A DNA stretch of 64,000 nucleotides from a virus. The translations under genes were made by a program, and so were the position numbers. The notes beneath the pieces are model-generated. The model was not told the origin of the DNA. It did not search any database and saw nothing but the letters and a program-made list of their open reading frames with translations. Of this stretch, positions 20,727-27,899 are shown in pieces (positions within the stretch are counted from its first letter, which is position 1; every line of letters begins with the position of its first letter). The stretch is from positions 21,399 to 85,398 of the IMG/VR virus record IMGVR_UViG_3300035034_000924. One strand, written 5' to 3'.

Positions 20727-20740
20727 TGCAAAAGTTTGCA
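20727..20740. repeat. Dispersed palindrome, 1 mismatch
   Basis: TGCAAAAGTTTGCA, intergenic. Confidence 0.85.
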
Positions 20741-20771
20741 AAACTAGGGGGTGGCATGGGCGTCACCCTAT

Positions 20772-20794
20772 AGTAGGTCACTAAACAACCCACT
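20772..20794. promoter_or_regulatory. Iteron-related operator AGTAGGTC-N7-AACCCACT
   Basis: Identical 23-mer at 31982; related to 49339 and to the 25195-25257 repeats. Confidence 0.7.
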
Positions 20795-20862
20795 AACGGA
20801 GGTCTAGCTCTGTCAAGCTTATTTTATTAGAAAGCTGAAAAGGGTAACGTCTCTGGTAAAGG

Positions 20863-20891
20863 TTGCAATGAAAGTTTTACAAGCATATAGT
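20863..20891 (+). promoter_or_regulatory. Sigma70-like promoter for the AAA operon
   Basis: TTGCAA-N17-TATAGT upstream of AAGGAG RBS. Confidence 0.5.
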
Positions 20892-20932
20892 TGCCTTCCC
20901 ATGTCGGGAAATGCTTAAGGAGAAATAAACGC

Positions 20933-22702
20933 ATGCTAAAGAATTTAATAACAGACGCCGATTCGGAGCGCAGCTTTCGCACACGGTTGCTCAACACTCT
21001 GGCCTCAGGGGCGGGGCTTATACACGTACGTAGCTCGGAGGTAATGAGAACGTTGGCCAGTATCCGCCGTAACATTATCTTAGAGGGGCACGAATACAAC
21101 GAGTGGGATATCTGCAACGGCACTTGCCCTTACAGCACGGAAGACCTTCACACTCTTAATAAGGATGGAGACAAGAATCCGCAGATACCAGTTCTGCTCG
21201 ACACCATTTGGGCTAAACACATTTGGTGGATCAAAGAAGCCAGTGACAGCCAGCGCGACTCGTACTATGTATACGTAATCACGCAAGCCGCCAGCATGGT
21301 CAACAACAACCCTTATGCTACGCAGCGTTTTCTGGAGCTAAACAACGGGCTGCCAGAATCTACGGTCAGGGTAATAATGTTGACGGAAGACATCCCGTTG
21401 CCTGAGAGTTGCGCCAGTAACTTCATTACACTCGACTTCGACAGACCCGGCCATGGAGAGCTTCTGCATCGGTTAGAAACCAACCTGCATGATTACGCTA
21501 CGCCGGAATCGTTAGATGTAGAAGAAGAAGACTACGAGCGAATCGCAGTAGCTGCCTCTGGTATGACGATTGGCGAATTCGACTTCGCGGTATCCAGCGC
21601 CATCGTTAACAAGTTGTACGAAGAGTCTGAAGGCGATGAAAGCCCAGTGGTTACTACTAAGGATCTTATTGAAGGCGTTCATATGGGTAAGACCGAGGCC
21701 ATCAAAAAGAACGACATCCTAGAGCTGCTACACGTCGGGGAGATGAACGAGGTCGGCGGTATGCACAACGCGAAGAAATGGGTGGAGATGCGTTCGTACA
21801 CCTACACTCCTGAGTTCTTGAAGTTCGGCGGGCAACCACCAAAAGGTATGGTATCGGTCGGTGTCCCCGGCACAGGTAAATCTTTGCTGGCTAAAGCCGT
21901 CGCAAGCGAGTTCGGTATCCCCTGCGTACGTATGGACTTCGGCTCAATCTTCAATGCCTTGATCGGTTCATCCGAAGAGCGGATACGCAAAGCTTTGAAG
22001 TTAACGGAAGCAATGTCTCCCTGCGTTTTGTTCGTAGACGAAATTGACAAGGCCTTGGGTGGCCTAGGCGGGTCAGGAGACTCCGGTACATCTATGCGGG
22101 TATTCGGGACCTTCTTGACATGGTTACAGGAACACAAGTCTCCGGTGTTCACTATCGTTACTGCCAACAATGTAACGGGCCTTCCCCCTGAGCTATTACG
22201 GCGCGGTCGCTTCGATGCGATCTTTGCCACCGTTTTACCAAACCAGTACGAGCGCGAAGATGTGCTAGCCATCCACCTGCAAAAGCGGGGTCATAGCATC
22301 GAAGACTTCAGCGATTATGAAATTGCCGTGTTCCTTAAGCAGACCGATAAGTTCGTCCCTGCGGAAATCGAAGCGATTGTTCAGGATGGTCTCGTACTGG
22401 CCTTTAACCGAGCGGTAGCCGATGAGCAGGAACCCGAGCTGCTTATGGATGACCTACTCGAAGCCATCGCTGCAGTAGTACCGCTGTCCAAGTCACATAA
22501 GAGCGCTATTCAAGCCATGGTCACATGGGCAGAGGATAATGCTATGCCCGCTTCCCTTAGTGAGAAACAGTACGAAGAGCTGAGGGGCGCTCCTAAGGGC
22601 ACTAAACCTAGGGGACAGGCAAAGGCCCGCCCCCGTCGCAAAACCACCCGTACGAGCAATATAACGAGCATCAAGCGGACACGTAAAAAGGAAGAGGAGT
22701 AG
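20933..22702 (+). CDS. AAA+ ATPase, Ycf46-like
   Basis: Walker A GVPGTGKS, Walker B LFVDEIDK, TANN...LPPELLRRGRFD arginine finger; degenerate N-terminal AAA module; AAGGAG RBS before ATG 20933. Confidence 0.9.
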   Translation: MLKNLITDADSERSFRTRLLNTLASGAGLIHVRSSEVMRTLASIRRNIILEGHEYNEWDICNGTCPYSTEDLHTLNKDGDKNPQIPVLLDTIWAKHIWWIKEASDSQRDSYYVYVITQAASMVNNNPYATQRFLELNNGLPESTVRVIMLTEDIPLPESCASNFITLDFDRPGHGELLHRLETNLHDYATPESLDVEEEDYERIAVAASGMTIGEFDFAVSSAIVNKLYEESEGDESPVVTTKDLIEGVHMGKTEAIKKNDILELLHVGEMNEVGGMHNAKKWVEMRSYTYTPEFLKFGGQPPKGMVSVGVPGTGKSLLAKAVASEFGIPCVRMDFGSIFNALIGSSEERIRKALKLTEAMSPCVLFVDEIDKALGGLGGSGDSGTSMRVFGTFLTWLQEHKSPVFTIVTANNVTGLPPELLRRGRFDAIFATVLPNQYEREDVLAIHLQKRGHSIEDFSDYEIAVFLKQTDKFVPAEIEAIVQDGLVLAFNRAVADEQEPELLMDDLLEAIAAVVPLSKSHKSAIQAMVTWAEDNAMPASLSEKQYEELRGAPKGTKPRGQAKARPRRKTTRTSNITSIKRTRKKEEE

Positions 22703-22706
22703 GACC

Positions 22707-23420
22707 TTGTCTAGCGCACCAGTATCACTAATGTACGGCTCTCAGGCGTTCCCTACGTCGTCGGCCCGAGCGGTCTGCAATATGATAGACGTAGCCGCAA
22801 GTTCGGCTAAGCAGAGGATGGTAGCTCGAAGTGCCGTCAAAGCGCTTAACAGGGAGGTGGAGATTACTTCTCTGCCTTCCACGTACAGGGTAGGCGGGCA
22901 GGACAAAGCCATGATAGGGCGCTCTGATAAAATACTAGCGGAAGCCAACGGCACGACGGATAAGTTCGGTTTCTGGAACTATGAGGTCGGCGGGCTACCG
23001 AACGGGACAATACTATCTTTCACGGTGTACTCGAATAACACTGTAACTAACACCGCTCTGTTAGTAGCAGAAGGTGCGCCCGAGATCAGACTATTGACAG
23101 ACTTCCCCTACGAACCCATGCAAGTATCGTCATGCCTGCAGTTGTTCGCGGGTAACGCATGGCCATTGTCGTTGTCGGATATAGGGGAGTATGTGCCTTT
23201 TCTCAGCGCCAATTATGTGATGGACTACAGCGATCTATTTGTGTGGCACTCGACAGGCGAGTTCCCAGAATCAGCTATCCTCTACCTAGAATTCGAAGAC
23301 GGTGCAGACCTTGTACCGGATGTCGATATTGCGGTAGTGTCGGAAGAAGCTGCTCCGGTAGTTGTGCCGAGGGGCAGACGTAACAAGCGCCAAATACGGG
23401 TGCCAAGAAAAGGTAGATAG
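22707..23420 (+). CDS. Hypothetical protein
   Basis: 237 aa, GAGGAG RBS before TTG, Arg-rich C-terminal tail. Confidence 0.55.
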   Translation: MSSAPVSLMYGSQAFPTSSARAVCNMIDVAASSAKQRMVARSAVKALNREVEITSLPSTYRVGGQDKAMIGRSDKILAEANGTTDKFGFWNYEVGGLPNGTILSFTVYSNNTVTNTALLVAEGAPEIRLLTDFPYEPMQVSSCLQLFAGNAWPLSLSDIGEYVPFLSANYVMDYSDLFVWHSTGEFPESAILYLEFEDGADLVPDVDIAVVSEEAAPVVVPRGRRNKRQIRVPRKGR

Positions 23421-23431
23421 TCTGGCAAGAG

Positions 23432-23460
23432 TTGCGCCAGAAAGTCTATAAAGGTAATAT
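23432..23460 (+). promoter_or_regulatory. Sigma70-like promoter
   Basis: TTGCGC-N17-TAATAT in the intergenic gap before the DUF1257 gene. Confidence 0.45.
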
Positions 23461-23507
23461 AGTTTTGTCCTTAGGGATTGTCATAAACGTTAACAGGAGA
23501 AGTACCT

Positions 23508-23990
23508 ATGAGCCACACTAGCTCTATTTCAGCAATCAAGATTGTTGATATCAATGCCCTTAAGCAGGCTGTCCAAGACCTTAATGGTATGGGCATCACG
23601 GTAACTCTGGTAGAAAACAAAAAGCCAGTAGCTTACTCGCACGACCAGCCCGGTATGTCGGAAGTTGCGCCGTATTGTCTGGAAATCAAAGAGGCCACGT
23701 ACGACGTCGGCATCTACGACATTGGCGCAGGTCAGTTTGAAGCCCGCACCGATTTCTATAACGGCTCGGTTGCTGCAGCGCTGGGCGCGGATCGAAACGC
23801 TATGAACGCTATCGACCGCAGCACGGCGGAAGGCAAGGCTGAGATGGAATACGCGCAGCTGGGTAAGCTTTACCAGCGGTACTCTATCAACGCTACCAAG
23901 AATCAGGCCGCACGACAGGGTGGGAACATCCAAGAAATTGTCCAAGCGGATGGTTCGGTTCAGTTGGTAATCACGGGGATGGCTGCGTAA
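23508..23990 (+). CDS. DUF1257 (Ycf35-like) protein
   Basis: MSH-x-S-x-I...D-x-x-AL-x-x-A...YDVG...D-x-Y...L-x-QRY...A-x-x-QG...DGSVQLVI pattern. Confidence 0.75.
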   Translation: MSHTSSISAIKIVDINALKQAVQDLNGMGITVTLVENKKPVAYSHDQPGMSEVAPYCLEIKEATYDVGIYDIGAGQFEARTDFYNGSVAAALGADRNAMNAIDRSTAEGKAEMEYAQLGKLYQRYSINATKNQAARQGGNIQEIVQADGSVQLVITGMAA

Positions 23991-24007
23991 GCGTCCCCTA
24001 AATTCAT

Positions 24008-24021
24008 TGCAAACGTTTGCA
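24008..24021. repeat. Dispersed palindrome, perfect copy
   Basis: TGCAAACGTTTGCA, intergenic, abutting RBS. Confidence 0.9.
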
Positions 24022-24031
24022 GGAGAAAGTA

Positions 24032-24250
24032 ATGGAAAACAGAATGACAGATGACCAATCAGTGGTTGTCGTTTGTCACCCAACGGGTAGGGTATCGGTC
24101 GAGGCCAATGGCTTCCAAGGCGTAGGTTGCACAGAAGCAACTGAGCAGATTGAGATTGTTCTGGGTAGCAAAACAAAGCGGGAGCCAAAGCCTGAGTACT
24201 ATCAGTCGCCAGCGGCCAATATCGCAAACTCGGTAAAACAGGACTTCTAA
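24032..24250 (+). CDS. DUF2997-family small protein
   Basis: P-x-G-x-V-x-VEANGF-x-G-x-x-C-x-EAT-x-x-IE-x-x-LG...KPEYYQ signature; AGGAG RBS. Confidence 0.8.
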   Translation: MENRMTDDQSVVVVCHPTGRVSVEANGFQGVGCTEATEQIEIVLGSKTKREPKPEYYQSPAANIANSVKQDF

Positions 24251-24290
24251 CGAGGTCCTTTACCACCAATCGCATAAGGAGTTCACTGCC

Positions 24291-24647
24291 ATGAACCAGC
24301 CAAAGCAAAAAGAGATAGTAGTCAGTTTCGAGCCTACAGGGCACGTACACGGACTGCACCACGATTCCTTCGACCTAGGCTTCCTAGGTAACAAAAAGAT
24401 TGCACGGGCTTCAACAATCGAGTTTGACGAAGAGCAGCAATCTTTCTACGTACTGGTAGACGGCGAGGACTCACCGCCTGCCGTAGCGACAGGGTTTAGC
24501 GGGTACGACGTAGCCCGTGACTTTGAGGTCCGTTGGCTACAGGAATGTATGCTTGCGCGGGTACATCCTCATTCGACAAAGGGTCTGGAACTTGCCAAGA
24601 ATACTCGGTCAGAGCATTTCTCGGATGAACCGGATCTAACGTTTTAA
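24291..24647 (+). CDS. Hypothetical protein associated with AAA/DUF1257/DUF2997 module
   Basis: F-x-P-x-G-x-V-x-GL...DL-x-x-LG...I-x-RAS-x-IEFD...F...A-x-x-x-EV-x-WL pattern; AAGGAG RBS. Confidence 0.6.
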   Translation: MNQPKQKEIVVSFEPTGHVHGLHHDSFDLGFLGNKKIARASTIEFDEEQQSFYVLVDGEDSPPAVATGFSGYDVARDFEVRWLQECMLARVHPHSTKGLELAKNTRSEHFSDEPDLTF

Positions 24648-24738
24648 GGCGTTCATGGCAGAGGTGCGGGCGGGGGTAGCTCCCCGTCCAATCCTATTAC
24701 CACCATCCAATAACTACACTAAGGAACGGTGCATAGCC

Positions 24739-25161
24739 ATGGCGGCAGAGAACCAATCAATAGCCCGCCTATACTTTCCCGTACTCAGGACAATAGTAAG
24801 GCACTGGGTAGGACGGGTTACACCAACAGAACACCAGATACTGCTTTTCATTAACGAGAGGACACTGCGCTATGGCAAGGCAGCAGAGTACATTCGCCTA
24901 TCCCATATGACCGAAGGCATTGTCGGATCGAACGATCAAGTAATCGTGTCAAAGCTGGGTTTCAAACGATCAGCTATTAAGAAAGCGGTAGTAGATCTAG
25001 ACAGGAACAACCTAATCAACACCTACTACGAAGGCAGGGGGCACTGGCAAGGTGTCAAAATGTCGTTGAATGTAGAGCTGCTTCTGAGCGTAGCGAACGA
25101 CGTAGATGTCCATGTAGGCGCGAGAAGAAGGGTACGTACTAGGACAAAAAGCGAGGATTAG
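24739..25161 (+). CDS. Replication initiator N-terminal winged-helix protein (lambda O-like)
   Basis: E-x-x-ILLFI-x-ERT-x-x-YGK...I-x-LS...G...LG-x-x-R-x-x-I-x-KA...L...LI pattern; precedes loader and DnaB. Alternative start at 24655. Confidence 0.65.
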   Translation: MAAENQSIARLYFPVLRTIVRHWVGRVTPTEHQILLFINERTLRYGKAAEYIRLSHMTEGIVGSNDQVIVSKLGFKRSAIKKAVVDLDRNNLINTYYEGRGHWQGVKMSLNVELLLSVANDVDVHVGARRRVRTRTKSED

Positions 25162-26019
25162 ATGGCCAAATTACCTGTACCAAAGTCCCGTAAAGTGGGT
25201 CACCAGACGGCAGAAGTGGGTCACGAGACGACCGGGGGTGGGTCACCAAACGACCCCATAAAACATACTCATAATAACAAGCGGATAGTAACAAGCAGAA
25301 GGTTGCGTCCCGAAGAGGAACGCGACTCTGTGAAACTTGAGAATATCGAGGCTACACTTACTAGACGTTCGGAAGAACGGATCAGCAAAAAGCTGAAGTC
25401 TGCGAAAGGCAAAAAGTTCCCCTCCTACGATGAAGCACTTACGATGTGGCTAGTGGCTTACCGGGATGCTACTGATTGCATACCTACCACAGGCGTGACT
25501 ACCAAAGAGTGGGGTATGTTCCGCCAAGTTTCTATTAAACGACCTGACTTTGACGTCCGAGAATTCTTTGCAGACATTTGCAATAACTGGGACTACATCG
25601 GCACCTCTACGCTGAAGTTTGTGGATGACTACCCAGAGCTGCCCTCGCTGTCTTTGGTATTCCGTATGTCGAATTACTTTGCAGAGGCAGTCGCAAGCTT
25701 ACGCGGGTTCAGCGGCAAGCAGGAGACGTTCAAGAAGCGCATGATTGAAGCCAGTACTAAGCAGCGGGTTAAGGAAAACGCCCCCACAGCCACCTCTGAG
25801 CGTCACAGAGGACTCTTTCTTGACACGGAGCTGTCTAATCTACAAGATACGAACTTCGCTCTAGGTGATTACTTACTAGCAGCGAAGAAGGACCACGCCG
25901 ACATATACATCTGGGCCGGAATACAAACAGGATGGATTCGCACCATGGAAACTGTCCCCGCTTCCGAACTGGATAAAGACAGGCAACAGATTATAGATTT
26001 CATTGAGGCAATAAAGTGA
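25162..26019 (+). CDS. Replication-associated protein carrying putative origin iterons
   Basis: 285 aa, in frame directly after the O-like gene (TAG-ATG); three 21-22-bp repeats at its 5' end. Confidence 0.55.
   Translation: MAKLPVPKSRKVGHQTAEVGHETTGGGSPNDPIKHTHNNKRIVTSRRLRPEEERDSVKLENIEATLTRRSEERISKKLKSAKGKKFPSYDEALTMWLVAYRDATDCIPTTGVTTKEWGMFRQVSIKRPDFDVREFFADICNNWDYIGTSTLKFVDDYPELPSLSLVFRMSNYFAEAVASLRGFSGKQETFKKRMIEASTKQRVKENAPTATSERHRGLFLDTELSNLQDTNFALGDYLLAAKKDHADIYIWAGIQTGWIRTMETVPASELDKDRQQIIDFIEAIK
25195..25257. repeat. Three tandem iteron-like repeats GTGGGTCAC(C/G)A(G/A)ACG, putative replication origin
   Basis: Copies start at 25195, 25216 and 25238 (21-22 bp period), within the initiator region. 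Confidence 0.65.
25569..25582. repeat. Dispersed palindrome, 2 mismatches
   Basis: TGCAGACATTTGCA, in CDS (ADIC). Confidence 0.6.
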
Positions 26020-26612
26020 GCGACGAAGACAAAATTATCACATCAATCGCAGAAGGCGCAGAGCGGGTCAACAGTGACCGCATCGCCAAGATGATGGATG
26101 AGTCTCATGTCGCTATCCACGCACAGAAAATGTCTTTGCCTGAAATAGGCATGGATGATCTTCGGGCTTACATCACTGCCAAAGGGTTCCATGAAAAAGA
26201 TGTGATGCTGGCCACTAACTTTGGGTCTAAAGCAAAAGCAAGAGAACTGCGGTTGGCAATCCACGTTCTCGCAAAAGAATTGCTGCTTGCCAAACAGGCA
26301 GTTTACGTTACTAATTTGTCCGCCTTGATTGCTGCAGTAGGCAGAGCGAGTCAGTGGGACGAGGGAGTATGGCTTGACGAGTATTCACACATACTTGTTT
26401 GTAACTTTTTCAGCAAAGGTGCCGAGTCACCTATGAGCGCTTCGCAACGGCAACAAGTCACCGACTATCTTCTTGAAAGATATGACTCTGGGCTCCACAC
26501 ACATGTGCAAATTCTTGACTGCACAGAGACAGAGGTTCAGAAGATCCAAGATTGGTACGGCTCTGCGTTCTGGAAAATGTACAAAGGACACCAATCCATA
26601 TTCTCCTACTAA
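26016..26612 (+). CDS. Degenerate DnaC/IstB-like helicase loader
   Basis: LAKELL...VYVTNLS-x-LI...LL-ERY-x-x-GL-x-T pattern; no intact Walker A; lies before DnaB. Confidence 0.45.
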   Translation: MSDEDKIITSIAEGAERVNSDRIAKMMDESHVAIHAQKMSLPEIGMDDLRAYITAKGFHEKDVMLATNFGSKAKARELRLAIHVLAKELLLAKQAVYVTNLSALIAAVGRASQWDEGVWLDEYSHILVCNFFSKGAESPMSASQRQQVTDYLLERYDSGLHTHVQILDCTETEVQKIQDWYGSAFWKMYKGHQSIFSY

Positions 26613-26624
26613 TCAGGAGATACA

Positions 26625-27899
26625 GTGAGCAAAGGCTTAGATTTTTTATCTGCTATTTGCATTAACGGCAATGCAAGTGAACTCAGAAGATTTGGTGAAG
26701 AGTATTACGTTGACGAAGACGAACTCACCGCATGGAGATACTGCCTAAGGCACGTTCAGCGATTCGGCGTCTTACCTACGCTGGAGACTTTGGAGGAAGA
26801 GACAGGGGTAGCGTTCGCTTACTGCGAGGATTCCGTTGAGTACTACAGCCAAGAGGTACTGGACCGTAAATTCTACAACGATGCCCGCACTAACTATAAC
26901 GAACTCCGTGTAGCACTCAGCCACCAAGACGTAGACGCCAGTAGAACAGCAATCCAATCATTGGCTGCCGTATCCAGACAGACAGACCAAACCCGAGACC
27001 TAGTGTCGATCAGAGAAGCGGGCGCAATGGCGCTGGAACGCTACGACGTCAACCATAGAATCGACGGACTGATCGGGATACCGACAGGCTGGCACAGCCT
27101 AGACCAAGACAGCTCAGGGTATCAGCCGGGCGACTTGAATCTCTGGGCGGCGAGACCGGGTGAAGGTAAAACATGGCTGTTAGTCAAACAGGCGCGGGCA
27201 GCGTACAGCGCAGGAGCAAACCTTGTGATGGCGACTATGGAGATGCCGATCAACGCCATGGCAGCTAGGTACTTCTCTCTGGCAGCAGGAGTTAACCCCA
27301 CCCAACTCAGACGAGGCACTCTGTCCACTTACGATGAGCAGAGGCTGCGGGAGACCATACGAGAGTATGACCGTGACGAAAGGTTCTTTATGTATCAGGG
27401 CAATATGGGTCAGGGGGTGGAAGGGCTAGAAGCTATCATCGCAGAGCGGAGACCCGACATAGTTTTTATTGACGGTGTCTACCTCATGCGATCCGGCAGG
27501 ACCAGAAACAACGCACAGAAAAACGATATAGTATCTGACGTCCTTGACGATCTTAAGCAGACTGCTTTGCACAGAAACACCTCGATTGTATGCACCAGCC
27601 AGTTCAACCGCGAGGCTGGGGCGAAAGGCAGGAGAGGCGGGCTAGAGACACTAGGCTTCACGGACGCATTCTCTCAGCACTGTTCTTTGATATACGCGAT
27701 CAAGAACCCCACAGGCCGAATGGTGGACAGGCAAACTAAAATAATCGAAACCATAAAAGGTCGAGAGGGCGAAAGTGTTAGATGCGCCATTAACTACAAA
27801 TTCAACCCCCTGCGTTTCGATGAGATACCACTGCACCTAATAGATACAGAAGACGCACAATCAGACGAACCCCTGAACCTCGATTGGATGAGAGACTAA
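26625..27899 (+). CDS. dnaB: Replicative DNA helicase, DnaB family
   Basis: GIPTGW-x-x-LD...G-x-x-PGDL...AARPGEGKT, MEM, DIVFIDGVYL, SQFNRE, K-x-REG motifs. Confidence 0.92.
   Translation: MSKGLDFLSAICINGNASELRRFGEEYYVDEDELTAWRYCLRHVQRFGVLPTLETLEEETGVAFAYCEDSVEYYSQEVLDRKFYNDARTNYNELRVALSHQDVDASRTAIQSLAAVSRQTDQTRDLVSIREAGAMALERYDVNHRIDGLIGIPTGWHSLDQDSSGYQPGDLNLWAARPGEGKTWLLVKQARAAYSAGANLVMATMEMPINAMAARYFSLAAGVNPTQLRRGTLSTYDEQRLRETIREYDRDERFFMYQGNMGQGVEGLEAIIAERRPDIVFIDGVYLMRSGRTRNNAQKNDIVSDVLDDLKQTALHRNTSIVCTSQFNREAGAKGRRGGLETLGFTDAFSQHCSLIYAIKNPTGRMVDRQTKIIETIKGREGESVRCAINYKFNPLRFDEIPLHLIDTEDAQSDEPLNLDWMRD

Noticed and set aside
23529-24362. 277-aa minus-strand ORF
   Set aside because: Spans three well-supported + strand genes; no recognisable motif.
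25195-25257. Possible mini CRISPR array, given a Cas4-like gene in the window
   Set aside because: Period is only 21-22 bp with no spacer-length unique sequence; no cas1/cas2; the Cas4-like nuclease sits in a normal recombination block.
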